Source: Spirulina sp. (lineage in GTDB: Bacteria; Cyanobacteriota; Cyanobacteriia; Phormidesmidales; Phormidesmidaceae). From it: a DNA stretch of 64,000 nucleotides. The translations under genes and the position numbers were made by a program. A model generated the notes under the pieces. That model was not told the DNA's origin, searched no databases, and worked only from the letters and a program-made list of their open reading frames with translations. Positions 10,356-20,123 of this stretch are shown here, in pieces. How positions within the stretch are numbered: position 1 is the first letter of the stretch; each line of letters opens with the position of its first letter. The stretch lies in contig JBIPSI010000029.1 of NCBI GenBank assembly GCA_044070495.1, forward strand, positions 1-64,000. The letters are read 5' to 3'.

Positions 10356-11795
10356 ATGGATTCTTTCCCCCCCGATCCCATGTCTAGCCCCCAACCACCT
10401 CGCCCCTTTTCCCTGGCAGGGAAGTTGGCCTTTGGCGCAGGGGATATTGGCCCTGGGATGACCGCTAACCTGTTGGCCTTCTCGTTTCTGATTTTTCTCA
10501 CCACCACGGCGGGCCTCAGCCCAGTGGCGGCGGGGTCGGTGTTGGCCATTGGTCGCGTGTGGGATGCCGTTAACGACCCCCTGATCGGCTACCTCAGCGA
10601 CAACACCCGCAGCCGTTGGGGCCGCCGCTATCCCTGGATTGCCCTAGGTGCCTTGCCCTTTGGCCTCACGTTTTTCCTCACCTGGGTGGTGCCCGGTTTC
10701 CAAAGCGAGGGGGCACGGTTTTGGTACTACGTGATCATGTCCCTGCTGTTCCAGGTGTTCTATACCGTGGTGAACCTGCCCTACACCACCCTCACCGCCG
10801 AACTGAGTAAGGACTACGACGAACGCACGGAACTCACCGCCTTTCGCCTGGGGTCATCCCTAACCGGGGCCATTTCGGCGCTGGCCCTGGGCCTGGTGAT
10901 CTCTAACCTAGTGCAGGATTCTCGCCAGCAGTACCTGGTTTTGGCGGCGGTGTGCAGTGTGCTGTCGGTGCTGCCCTTGCTGTGGTGTGTGGTGGGCACC
11001 TATCCCTACGCCGTGGAGCGGGAAGCCTTGCAACCGACCACCGACCCCAACGCCGCCGACAACTTGCCCTTCCTCCAGCAGATCAAAATCGCCCTCAGCA
11101 ATCGGGCCTTTTTGTTTGTAGTGGGGATCTACCTGTTTGCGTGGCTAGCCCTGCAAATGACCGCCAGCGTGATTCCCTTCTACACCACCTTTTGGATGGG
11201 CATGGACTCCTACTTTTTGGCGGCGCTGCTGGTGCAGGGAACGGCCATTGTGATGATGGTAGCGATCAACTGGCTCAGCCGTCGCTACGGTAAGCAGGAA
11301 GCCTTCTATGCGGGCATTGGCACCTGGATTATCGCCCAGATTGCGATTTTCTTTGTGCAACCTGGTCAGGTCGCGGCGTTGTATCTGCTCTGTGTGGTGA
11401 TTAGCTTTGGGGTGGCGGCGGCCTACGTAGTGCCCTGGGCCATGCTGCCCGATGTGATTGAACTGGACGAACTGCAAACGGGCCAACGGCGGGAGGGCAT
11501 TTTCTACGCCTTCATGACCCTGCTGCAAAAGGTGGGCCTCGCCGGGGGGCTGCTACTGGTGGGCTATGCCCTAGAGCTATCGGGCTTTGTTTCCCCAGCC
11601 ATAACCCAAGGGGCCGAAGTCGTGGTTCAGCCAGATTCCGCCCTGTTGGCGATTCGGGTCTTCATTGGCCCGGTGCCCATGGTGCTACTGCTGGCGGCCC
11701 TAGTGCTGGCCTATTTCTACCCCATCAGCCGCCAAAAACACGAGGAAATCCTGCTGCGATTGGCCGAGCGTCACCGATCCCAGGGAGAACCCTAA
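10356..11795 (+). CDS. MFS transporter, GPH (MelB-like sugar:cation symporter) family
   Basis: Motifs KLAFGAGD, WDAVNDPLIG.LSD.TRSRWGRR, YDERTEL and GQRREGIFYA; about 12 TM segments. The start may instead be 10380. Confidence 0.92.
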   Translation: MDSFPPDPMSSPQPPRPFSLAGKLAFGAGDIGPGMTANLLAFSFLIFLTTTAGLSPVAAGSVLAIGRVWDAVNDPLIGYLSDNTRSRWGRRYPWIALGALPFGLTFFLTWVVPGFQSEGARFWYYVIMSLLFQVFYTVVNLPYTTLTAELSKDYDERTELTAFRLGSSLTGAISALALGLVISNLVQDSRQQYLVLAAVCSVLSVLPLLWCVVGTYPYAVEREALQPTTDPNAADNLPFLQQIKIALSNRAFLFVVGIYLFAWLALQMTASVIPFYTTFWMGMDSYFLAALLVQGTAIVMMVAINWLSRRYGKQEAFYAGIGTWIIAQIAIFFVQPGQVAALYLLCVVISFGVAAAYVVPWAMLPDVIELDELQTGQRREGIFYAFMTLLQKVGLAGGLLLVGYALELSGFVSPAITQGAEVVVQPDSALLAIRVFIGPVPMVLLLAALVLAYFYPISRQKHEEILLRLAERHRSQGEP

Positions 11796-12095
11796 CCAAC
11801 CCTAAATAACAATCCAGGCTTCACCGCAGGGGTAAGGCATCCCTCTGATTACCGGATGCCAAATTCGGCTTGGCCACCCCCGATTCCCCTGGTGTCCCCT
11901 TCGGAAAGGCTGCGCCTACGTCAAACGACCACGCTGCGGCCAGGGTTTCAGGATATGGCCGCTCCAGTTAAGCCTTACGATCGGGGAGGTTTTTTAAAGC
12001 CTCCTTGGCCTCAGGGTCACCTTGGCGATGCTGGACGGCACTTGCAGAGCTTGCTCCAATCGTTTGAGAGAGTCCCACCTCCGCTGAGGACTGAC

Positions 12096-13118
12096 TTAGG
12101 CGGCTCCGGCCTTTTTGGAAAAGAGCACCAGAATGGTTTTCAGGATCAGCTTTACGTCGTACATCAGACTCCAGTTTTTCTGGTAGTCCAAATCCATGCG
12201 GATGACATCTTCAAACTTTTTCACGCTAGATCGGCCATTCACCTGCCATTCTCCGGTCATCCCCGGCTTCACATCCAGGCGCTGCCATTCTGGCACCTTA
12301 TATTGCTCAATTTCGTCCGGCGTGGGGGGGCGGGTGCCCACAAGGCTCATGTCTCCCATCAGCACGTTCCAGAACTGGGGCAGTTCGTCGAGGCTGGTGC
12401 GGCGCAGGAATCGACCCACCTTAGTAATACGAGGATCGTTTTCGTTCTTAAATAGCGGCCCTTCCACCTCGTTTTTTACCTTGGCCTTGAGGGCTTCGGC
12501 ATCGGTCACCATGGATCGGAACTTCCAAATGCAAAACCGCTTGCCTAGCCACGAACAGCGCACCTGCTTGAAGAGAATCGGGCCGCCATCCTCTAGTTTG
12601 ATGGCAATGACAATAGGAACCGCAAGAATAGCGGTAATGCCGAGGCCCACCAGCGCCCCCACAATATCCATCGCCCGTTTGCCCCGCGAATGGACAGAGG
12701 GATGGGTGGTGATTTTAGTCAGGCTAACCTCTGTCGGTGCCGTATCCTCGTTCTCAACGGTGCCCGGTTCAAAGGTAAAGATCTGATCTAGGTCGGTCAT
12801 CGATAGCACCAGGCGCACCTGTTCGCGCACCCCCCGCAGCACCATGGCAATCTGCCGCTGCTGACAAGCCCGGTAGGAAATGACCAACGCCCCCAGCCCA
12901 CTGCTATCCATAAAGGTGGTATCACTGAGGTCAATGACGATGGTTTGGGGCGTAGGCTGCTGCTGACAGTAAGCCCGCACCTGCCGCTCAAATTCCACGG
13001 CCTCCACGACGGTAAAGGTGGCAGGCACAGAGACGATGCAGATAGACGGGGTCATAGGATTCTCTGCGGGCGGGGCCGGTGTCGATACAGGGTGATCGGG
13101 GGCAAAGGCTGAAGTCAT
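12096..13118 (-). CDS. STAS (anti-sigma factor antagonist) domain fused to a bacterial sugar transferase (phosphoglycosyl transferase)
   Basis: STAS motif IVIDLSDTTFMDSSGLGAL; Bac_transf motifs KRAMDI, KFRSM, DPRITKVGRFLRRTSLDELPQFWNVL.GDMSLVG.RP and KPGMTG.WQV. Confidence 0.93.
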   Translation of the reverse strand: MTSAFAPDHPVSTPAPPAENPMTPSICIVSVPATFTVVEAVEFERQVRAYCQQQPTPQTIVIDLSDTTFMDSSGLGALVISYRACQQRQIAMVLRGVREQVRLVLSMTDLDQIFTFEPGTVENEDTAPTEVSLTKITTHPSVHSRGKRAMDIVGALVGLGITAILAVPIVIAIKLEDGGPILFKQVRCSWLGKRFCIWKFRSMVTDAEALKAKVKNEVEGPLFKNENDPRITKVGRFLRRTSLDELPQFWNVLMGDMSLVGTRPPTPDEIEQYKVPEWQRLDVKPGMTGEWQVNGRSSVKKFEDVIRMDLDYQKNWSLMYDVKLILKTILVLFSKKAGAA

Positions 13119-13463
13119 ACAGGCATCCCTCAGAGCACAGGTGGTTGAAGACTCAGAGTCAATCTGGAAACCAGAAAGTTAATCTGGAACCCAGAAATAG
13201 AATCCTATGGCCAGGATTCCCCTAATGTTGCCCAAAACTATAAAAGCTACCCTCTAAATTTTTAGAGGTCGCAGTAGCCCTTCAAAAAGTCTTAACAGGA
13301 CGTTGAGGACTTAGCAAGGATATTTACTTATTATCTCGGTGGACAAAACTATCGTCGCGTTAAAACTAAGTGTTTAGTCACCGAACGCCATAGTCCCACC
13401 CTACCCTAATCTTCCTGGCCTAGGGAAATTCCCGACCGAGCCACCTTAACGGAATGAGACATC

Positions 13464-13817
13464 CTAGCAAAGCTCAGCGGTATTCACGGTTAGTCCGGGC
13501 AGCATGGCTTCCCCGTATAGGGTAGGCGGCGCATCCAACCTCTCCGGCGGCTGATCGGCCCGATACACCTCCACCTGGCGATCTTGCACGTTAATCAGCC
13601 AGCCCAGTTGGCAACCGTTGGCCTGGTATTCCCGCAGTTTGGCCTGCAAGGGGGCAAGGCGGTCGGTTGTTGCGGCGACCTGTATTTCCTCCGGTGGGGG
13701 GCATCAGCACCAGTGCTTCGTCAGCGGTGAGTTCCAATCGCAGGTCGGGGCAATTTGCTCAAACTGTTCGTGGCTAAGGCGAATGACAGAACGCAGATCC
13801 AGGGTGAGGGTGGTCAT
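13464..13817 (-). pseudogene. Uma2-family (PD-(D/E)XK) endonuclease remnant with frameshifts and a central deletion
   Basis: Three pieces in different frames: MTTLTLDLRSVIRLSHEQFEQIA / PDLRLELTADEALVLMPPTGGNTGRRN / TDRLAPLQAKLREYQANGCQLGWLIN..VEVYR. The catalytic middle is missing. Confidence 0.85.
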
Positions 13818-13978
13818 GGCGGGGGCCAAAGCGCGATGCCTCCTATTATTACGGTTCCCTCGTAGATGGATACCCCACGGAGATCCGAAAATCAGCCTCA
13901 AAGTCTAGGCATAACCGCCACACCCCCGTAGACTGGAACCTAGGATTTGTGCAGTGATTTCGGCAATAGCGGGGCGAT

Positions 13979-15517
13979 ATGAAGATTCTTTTTGTGGCAG
14001 CAGAAGCAGCGCCCCTGGCGAAGGTTGGCGGCATGGGAGATGTGGTGGGTTCCCTGCCCAAGGTACTCCGCAAGATGGGGCACGATGTACGGGTATTCAT
14101 GCCCTACTACGGCTTCATGCCCGACAAGGTGGACATCCCCAAAACGTCCATCTGGAAAGGCACCGCTATGTTCAACGACTTCGAGGTCTACGAAACCACG
14201 TTCCCAGAGTCGGATGTGCCGCTTTACCTGTTTGGCCATCCCGCCTTCGACCCCCGCAAGGTTTACTACGGCGACGATGAGTTTTGGCGGTTCACCTTCT
14301 TTGCCAACGGAGCCGCCGAATTTGCCTGGAACTACTGGCGACCCGACATCATCCACTGCCACGACTGGCACACGGGCATGATCCCAGTTTGGATGCACGA
14401 AACCCCCGACATTCAAACCGTTTTCACCATCCACAACCTGGCCTACCAAGGCCCCTGGCGCTGGCAGCTTGAGCAAATGACCTGGTGCCCCTGGTACATG
14501 CAAAGCCACAACACCATGGCGGCGGCAATCCAGTTTGCTAACCGGGTCAACACCGTGTCGCCTACCTATGCCGCCCAAATTAAAACCCCTGAGTATGGCG
14601 AACAGCTCGACGGGCTGCTGTCCTACGAACAGGGCAAACTCAGCGGCCTGCTCAACGGCATTGATACCGAATCCTTTGACCCCGCCAACGACCGCTACAT
14701 CGCCAAGCCCTTTACCGCCGATACCCTCGATCAGCGGCGCATCAACAAAATCACCATCCAGGAGGAACTGGGCCTAGAGGTGAATTCCAATGCCTTCCTG
14801 ATTGGCCTGGTGGGACGCTTGGTAGAACAAAAGGGGCTGGATCTAATTCTGCAAATTCTGGATCGGTTCCTGTCCTACACCGATTCCCAAATCATTGTGC
14901 TGGGTACCGGGGATCGCTACTACGAAACCCAGCTTTGGCAAATGGCCAGCCGCTACCGGGGTCGCATGGCCACCTACCTGCTCTACAGCGAAGGCATTGG
15001 TCGCCGCATCTACGCCGGGGCCGACGCCTTCTTGATGCCCTCCCGCTTTGAACCCTGCGGCATTAGCCAGATGATCGCCATGCGCTACGGCTGTATTCCC
15101 ATCGTGCGGCGCACGGGGGGCTTGGTGGATACGGTGCAACACCACGACCCCGCCAACCACGCTGGCACGGGCTACTGCTTCGACCGCTACGAACCCCTCG
15201 ACCTGTTCACCTGCCTAATTCGGGCCTGGGAAGGGTATCGCTACAAAGACGCCTGGCGCGAACTGCAACAGCGGGCCATGGCCCAAGACTTTAGCTGGGA
15301 TAAGTCTGCTGTGGAGTATATCAAGCTCTACAGCGAAGTCCTAGGGCTAGACTACCGGGAACAGTTAGCCCCCAAAATTCCCCAGGTGGGGGTCGTTAGC
15401 GACGCCAGCAAAGCCGAGGTGCTCTCAGCAACGGTGAAGGATGCCGCTAAGGAGGTGGGTACCGATCTGCCGCCATCCACCGATGCCTCGCTGCCCAGCG
15501 GTTCCGCTGCCCAGTAG
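13979..15517 (+). CDS. glgA: Glycogen synthase
   Basis: Motifs MKILFVAAE..PLAKVGGMGDV, HCHDWH, FTIHNLAYQG and MPSRFEPCG. Confidence 0.97.
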   Translation: MKILFVAAEAAPLAKVGGMGDVVGSLPKVLRKMGHDVRVFMPYYGFMPDKVDIPKTSIWKGTAMFNDFEVYETTFPESDVPLYLFGHPAFDPRKVYYGDDEFWRFTFFANGAAEFAWNYWRPDIIHCHDWHTGMIPVWMHETPDIQTVFTIHNLAYQGPWRWQLEQMTWCPWYMQSHNTMAAAIQFANRVNTVSPTYAAQIKTPEYGEQLDGLLSYEQGKLSGLLNGIDTESFDPANDRYIAKPFTADTLDQRRINKITIQEELGLEVNSNAFLIGLVGRLVEQKGLDLILQILDRFLSYTDSQIIVLGTGDRYYETQLWQMASRYRGRMATYLLYSEGIGRRIYAGADAFLMPSRFEPCGISQMIAMRYGCIPIVRRTGGLVDTVQHHDPANHAGTGYCFDRYEPLDLFTCLIRAWEGYRYKDAWRELQQRAMAQDFSWDKSAVEYIKLYSEVLGLDYREQLAPKIPQVGVVSDASKAEVLSATVKDAAKEVGTDLPPSTDASLPSGSAAQ

Positions 15518-15537
15518 TTTCGTCCTTACCCCAAGCC

Positions 15538-16083
15538 ATGGGTCAGCAATACCCAGAAATCACCCCCGCCCTGAGTCAGTGGATTGGCCAACAGCGCCTC
15601 TTCTTTGTGGCAACGGCTCCCCTGTCCACCGAGGGCCATATCAACTGTTCCCCCAAGGGCGGCGATTGCTTTCGTGTGATCGATTCCCACACCGTTGCCT
15701 ACCAAGACCTAACCGGCAGCGGAGCCGAAACCCTGGCCCACCTGCGCGACAATGGCCGCATTGTGGTAATGTTCTGCGCCTTTGAGGGGCCACCCCAAAT
15801 TGTGCGCCTCCATGGTCAGGGGCAGGTTTTCACGACCCAAGAGGCCGAGTTTGAGGATCTGGCCCGTCATTTTTCCCCTAGCCTAGGCACCCGATCCATT
15901 GTGCGTATCACGGTTACGCGGGTGAGTAGTTCCTGTGGCTATGGGGTGCCACTGATGGCCCACCAGGGAGATCGCGACCTGCTGGAACCGTGGGCCGAAA
16001 AGAAAGGAGCTACGGCCCTGGAGGCATACCGCCAGCAAAAGAATCGTTTCAGTATTGATGGCCTGCCCGCTTGGGGAGATTAA
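15538..16083 (+). CDS. Pyridoxamine 5'-phosphate oxidase-like FMN-binding protein
   Basis: Motifs FFVATAP, INCSPKG, DLTGSGAET.AH, MFCAFEGPP and SSCGYGVP. Confidence 0.88.
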   Translation: MGQQYPEITPALSQWIGQQRLFFVATAPLSTEGHINCSPKGGDCFRVIDSHTVAYQDLTGSGAETLAHLRDNGRIVVMFCAFEGPPQIVRLHGQGQVFTTQEAEFEDLARHFSPSLGTRSIVRITVTRVSSSCGYGVPLMAHQGDRDLLEPWAEKKGATALEAYRQQKNRFSIDGLPAWGD

Positions 16084-16239
16084 GCCTAGAAAATCCAGTT
16101 CACCAAAAGGAGGGAGACCGTCGTTCAGGCCATGGGCGAGGTCTTTTCCCGCCTACCTATGGTTGGACGGGATGGAGATCGGGGGAACGGACGTTAGATT
16201 GGGTTCGGGCTTGATTTGGCCTTGGGGATAAGACGGTCG

Positions 16240-16581
16240 TTAAGCCTTGGACTGCCGCCACCGCCAGCGTTGATCCAACAGGGTTTGGCTCAGCACTCGC
16301 AGGGGTTCGTTGGTTTCCCCAGAAAACAGGGCAAAATCCACTGGCCCCCAGGTTTGCTCAGCCTGTTCGGCCAAATCTAGGAGGGCGGGGTCATCTAGGG
16401 AAATGCGGTGATTGAGCCGCAGCGTCACCAGGGGAAGCCCGTTGTGGCCCGCCCCAGAGACCAGACCCCAGTCGTATTGATCGAGCAAGGCCTGGAGATC
16501 TTCCCCAGACGCTGTCCGAAAGGCCGCAAGCTGCCGTTGCTTCTGCTGTAGTTCTTGCAGGAGTTGTTGATCGGTTTGCAT
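16240..16581 (-). CDS. Hypothetical protein (113 aa)
   Basis: Fills an intergenic gap; GAGGGG ribosome-binding site; no recognised domain. Confidence 0.7.
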   Translation of the reverse strand: MQTDQQLLQELQQKQRQLAAFRTASGEDLQALLDQYDWGLVSGAGHNGLPLVTLRLNHRISLDDPALLDLAEQAEQTWGPVDFALFSGETNEPLRVLSQTLLDQRWRWRQSKA

Positions 16582-16755
16582 CGTACCCCTCTGCCCAATG
16601 ACTATGTTGACCCTACCATGAGTGTAAAGGGCGGCTAGGGGTCTAGAGTTAAAGACTTTCTATTGCTATGGTGCTAAAGCTGGTTCACCAGGGCGTTAAT
16701 ACCAGCCGCTCCTATGCTCCAATCCCGTTGCCCCTAGTTCCTTGCACAAAACTCC

Positions 16756-16965
16756 ATGACTAGTCTCGACTATATCAAGCTCGATCAGTTCCTCAAACAG
16801 AGACAGGTAGCCGCCAGCGGTGGACAGGCTAAGATGATGGTGCAAGGCGGCGAAGTGCAGGTCAATGGCGAGGTAGAGCTACGCCGGGGCCGCAAACTGG
16901 TCAATGGAGATCGCGTTGAGGTGGCCGGGCAGGGGTTTATCGTAGACCTTCAGACCCTCATCTAG
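16756..16965 (+). CDS. S4-domain RNA-binding protein (YaaA/YbcJ-like)
   Basis: Motif IKLDQFLK...SGGQAK..VQGGEVQVNGEVELRRGRKL. Confidence 0.92.
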   Translation: MTSLDYIKLDQFLKQRQVAASGGQAKMMVQGGEVQVNGEVELRRGRKLVNGDRVEVAGQGFIVDLQTLI

Positions 16966-16992
16966 CTCTGCTATGGCGCTCAATTCATCTTA

Positions 16993-17123
16993 GAGGGCGT
17001 TTGAAAAGGGTTGCCTCAGGTGCGATTGGGCGCTAGATCGGTGCAAATCTACGGGATTTTTGACGACTGAGGCTGACCTCATCGGTATAACTTGGGACAA
17101 GCTTCGGCTTTTCAAACGTCCTC
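16993..17123. mobile_element. 131-bp MITE with IS5-family (IS1031-like) ends
   Basis: TIRs GAGGGCGTTTGAAAAG and CTTTTCAAACGTCCTC (15/16 match), flanked by a TTA direct repeat at 16990-16992 and 17124-17126. Confidence 0.85.
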
Positions 17124-17273
17124 TTAAGAGCATCTTCCAAGGTCAGGCCATTGCTAGGACGAAGGGTTAGGCTAGGGCAGGGGTCAAGCGTCCGTTGAAT
17201 CGGCCAAAGCTTTGCCCTGATAACCGCTGTATCCTTCTCCTCCTCGATCTCTATTGTCTCTATTGCGAAGCCT

Positions 17274-17885
17274 ATGGCCGACTGTGGATGCCACGTTGAC
17301 GCCCAAACCGTTGCCCAGCGGCGGGTGCTGGTTTGGCTGCTGATCCTTAACGCTGGGATGTTTGTGGCCGAGGGGTTGGTGGGCTGGGTGGCCCAATCCA
17401 CCGCCCTCACCGCCGATGCCCTGGATATGCTGGCCGATGCCATGGTCTATGGTCTATCCCTACATGCGGTGGGTCGTGGCCTAGGGTACAAACGGCGGGC
17501 GGCGCGGCTGAGCGGCTACTTTCAGATCACCCTAGCGGGGTTAGTCTTGGTGGATGTTCTACGTCGTTTTTGGCAAGGCAGCGATCCCCAGTCGATGCCC
17601 ATGGTGGTCATGGGGGCCATTGCCTTGATAGTCAATGTGCTCTGCTTGGTGTTGATTGCCCGCCATCGCCAGGGGGGCATTCACATGCGGGCAAGCTGGA
17701 TTTTTTCTCGCAACGATGTTCTTGCCAATCTCGGTACCATCCTGGCCGCTGTCCTCGTCGCTGGGTTTCGGTCGCCCCTGCCCGACCTCGTCATCGGTCT
17801 AGGGATCACGCTGCTGGTGCTCTGGGGTGGGTTTAGCATCCTCAAGGAATCTTCAGCCCCAGAGACCGACCTCTCCAGACCTTAG
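17274..17885 (+). CDS. Cation diffusion facilitator (CDF) transporter, membrane domain only
   Basis: Motifs STALTADALDMLAD and HMRASWIFSRNDVLAN; N-terminal CGCH; six hydrophobic segments. Confidence 0.88.
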   Translation: MADCGCHVDAQTVAQRRVLVWLLILNAGMFVAEGLVGWVAQSTALTADALDMLADAMVYGLSLHAVGRGLGYKRRAARLSGYFQITLAGLVLVDVLRRFWQGSDPQSMPMVVMGAIALIVNVLCLVLIARHRQGGIHMRASWIFSRNDVLANLGTILAAVLVAGFRSPLPDLVIGLGITLLVLWGGFSILKESSAPETDLSRP

Positions 17886-18091
17886 GGGCGCGGCTTCCTC
17901 GACCGTTTGAACCAAGGGTCAGCCCTCAGGATTTAGTATCAGGCACAACCGCCGAGGAAGCCAAGAGGCCTCCAAGGTTACGGTTTGGCCTGCTTTTATA
18001 AAGGGTTCTTAAAACCCTAGGCGAAGTTACGCAAATCACCATTGAAAGCGGGAACAATAAACCGAGTCTTTGCAACTAACGGAGTATCACC

Positions 18092-18541
18092 ATGGGGCTG
18101 TCTGATTTATTACAAGACACCGCCACCCGCGCTAGCTTAATTGATGCCTGCACCCAACTGATTGATGAGCAAGTGTCCACCAAGGGGGGGCTAGGCGGTA
18201 TGGCCATCAAAACCACCTACGGCCTAGTCAAGGGGGTCGGGCCGGGGTATGTTTCTGGGGCCGTGGGACGACTGCTGCCGGATATGCTCACCGCCCTAGA
18301 TCCTATTTGGGGTGAAGGACTACAGACGGGAGATCCCTCGGCCCACCTGACGGCCCAGCGTGCCCGCACCGCAGATAGTCTCCTCAGTGTTACCGATGCT
18401 CGTATTGCCAATAGCAGCAATGGTCTGGTGAAAACCTCTTATCAACGGCTGCGACAGTCTGTCAAGGGAGATGTGGAGGCCGCTGTGCCAGGGCTAGCTC
18501 AAATTTTGGCCGTCCATGTCACCCAGGTTTCGACACCCTAG
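18092..18541 (+). CDS. Conserved hypothetical protein (DUF6918-like)
   Basis: Motifs LIDEQVSTKGGLGGMAIK and ADSLLSVTDAR; GGAG ribosome-binding site. Confidence 0.72.
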   Translation: MGLSDLLQDTATRASLIDACTQLIDEQVSTKGGLGGMAIKTTYGLVKGVGPGYVSGAVGRLLPDMLTALDPIWGEGLQTGDPSAHLTAQRARTADSLLSVTDARIANSSNGLVKTSYQRLRQSVKGDVEAAVPGLAQILAVHVTQVSTP

Positions 18542-18806
18542 GCTTAGGGGAAGAGGTGTACCCAGAGGTTTATGGTCTAGTGAAGGACACCAATACCCAG
18601 TGAACAAGGGGCAAAAATCTCTATCAGAGAGAGAACTCGGGGGTGAGGGCATACCGGAGATTTTGCCCTGTCGGCTGAACCCAAGCTGAGGAGCCTCAAG
18701 GTCGCTGTCCATGATCCTGCCCTTGCCTGATGGAGTCAGCGTAATGGCCCTAGGGTGAGCGAGCGGTATAGTGAAACAGCCTGGGCACTGTGGAGAGGGA
18801 AATCCG

Positions 18807-19619
18807 ATGGAGCGGCTGGTTACCTGGGGGTTGGTGTGGATGTTGGGGGCGGCGGTGGGCAGCTTCCTCAATGTGGTGATTTATCGAATTCCGGCGGGGC
18901 TATCGCTGCTGCATCCGCCCTCCCGCTGTCCCAAATGCCATACTCGCCTCAAACCCTACGACAATGTGCCCGTGCTGGGCTGGCTGTGGCTGCGGGGAAA
19001 ATGTCGCTACTGTCGGGCCCCCATTGCCGCTCGCTATCCCCTGATTGAAGCCTTTACCGCAACACTGTTCCTTGCGGCCTTTATGCAGTGGGGTTTTGCC
19101 TGGGTTACCCTGGCCTACTGGACACTGCTGAGTTGGCTGGTGGCCCTGACCTTTATTGACTTAGATACCCTCACCCTGCCCAACCCCCTCACCCAAAGCG
19201 GATTAGTCCTGGGATTAGTGGCCCAAACGGTGATTCCTGTGTTGACTACCGGGGCTTGGCAGGCCGGAATTGTGGGGCTAATGAGCGGCGTCCTGGGGGC
19301 GGTTTTGGGCATTTGGCTATTCGATATCATCACCCTGGTAGCCTCGGTGGCCATGGGACAAACGGCCATGGGCGGCGGCGATGCCAAGCTGGCGGCGATG
19401 CTGGGGGCTTGGCTGGGCTGGCAGGGGGTGTTGCTCAGCAGCTTTTTGGCCTGTTTGCTGGGGGCGATTATTGGCGGCGTTGCCATCGCCCTGCGCTGGG
19501 TCAGCCGTCGGCAACCGATGCCCTTTGGGCCGTTTTTAGCCCTAGGGGCGGTAACCACGCTGTTTTTTGGGGAAATGCTCATTACCGCCTACCGAACGCT
19601 GTTTTTCCCAGGCTTCTAG
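18807..19619 (+). CDS. pilD: Type IV prepilin peptidase/N-methyltransferase
   Basis: Motifs GSFLNVVIYRIP, CPKC..CRYC, FIDLD, MGGGDAKL and PFGPFL; ATG at 18807. Confidence 0.96.
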   Translation: MERLVTWGLVWMLGAAVGSFLNVVIYRIPAGLSLLHPPSRCPKCHTRLKPYDNVPVLGWLWLRGKCRYCRAPIAARYPLIEAFTATLFLAAFMQWGFAWVTLAYWTLLSWLVALTFIDLDTLTLPNPLTQSGLVLGLVAQTVIPVLTTGAWQAGIVGLMSGVLGAVLGIWLFDIITLVASVAMGQTAMGGGDAKLAAMLGAWLGWQGVLLSSFLACLLGAIIGGVAIALRWVSRRQPMPFGPFLALGAVTTLFFGEMLITAYRTLFFPGF

Positions 19620-19636
19620 CCTGCGCCCACCGTCCT

Positions 19637-19948
19637 CTGACCTAGGGAGGGCGCAGTGCTGACTCGCGCAATACTAGCATCGGCTTCAACCCCGGTAGGG
19701 TGGGCACTGCCCACCCCAGAAGCATGATGCCCACCCCAATACAGTCGGCTGAACGAGCCTGCTTTTAAGAAGGATTGGGCTGACTGGGACAGCTTAGCGG
19801 GCATGGTGGGCAGTGCCCACCCTACTGACTTTTAAGGAGGATTGGGCTGACTGGGGCAGCTTAGTGGGCATGGTGGGCAGTGCCCACCCTACTGACTGCG
19901 TCTAGATTTCCTGACCTAGGGAAGGCGCAGTGCTGATTCACGCAATAC
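19637..19948. repeat. REP cluster: 38-bp direct repeats bracketing GTAG-type REP palindromes and a 67-bp tandem duplication
   Basis: 19637-19674 and 19911-19948 are 35/38 identical. GTAGGGTGGGCACTGCCCACC occurs once and its inverse GGTGGGCAGTGCCCACCCTAC twice. Tandem units lie at 19762-19828 and 19829-19895. Confidence 0.85.
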
Positions 19949-20041
19949 CAAGAAGCCTTGGGCAATCCTAAATCCGGTAGCAGGACAATCGCTATCGTTG
20001 GTCGTTGTCACCGTCGATGGGGTTGAGTTGGGGATGACCTT

Positions 20042-20084
20042 TGTACCGCGAGATACAGCTTTGCCAGAATAGCAGGTATACATT
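20042..20084 (+). promoter_or_regulatory. NtcA-activated (class II) promoter of modA
   Basis: TGTA-ccgcgaga-TACA (GTA-N8-TAC at 20043-20056), then a 22-nt spacer, then the -10 box TACATT (TAN3T) at 20079-20084. Confidence 0.75.
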
Positions 20085-20107
20085 GCCTGTGTTAAAGATT
20101 CTGGCAT
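20062..20107. promoter_or_regulatory. Candidate operator: TGCCAGAAT/ATTCTGGCA inverted repeat containing ATGCCAG-N5-TTAACACAG on the minus strand
   Basis: Arms at 20062-20070 and 20098-20106; the same 21-bp motif recurs at 22960-22980. Confidence 0.55.
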
Positions 20108-20123
20108 AAAGGTCGAGGTCGCC

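Noticed and set aside
10148..10394. Short ORFs over repeats (also 59256-59525, 61277-61549 and 7298-7510)
   Set aside because: They are translations of MITE/REP sequence, with no evidence of being genes.
11796..12095. Possible ncRNA or 199-aa ORF between convergent genes
   Set aside because: There are a few hairpins but no recognised RNA family, and the ORF is mostly antisense to the sugar transferase.
19762..19895. Possible CRISPR array
   Set aside because: There are only two near-identical 67-bp units with no unique spacers and no cas genes; it is a REP tandem duplication.
20036..20114. Moco riboswitch or ModE box before modA
   Set aside because: A long stem can be drawn (GACCTTT..AAAGGTC), but the predicted TSS near 20090 would leave most of it untranscribed. 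The shared motif is inverted before mop, and no ModE TATAT palindrome is seen.
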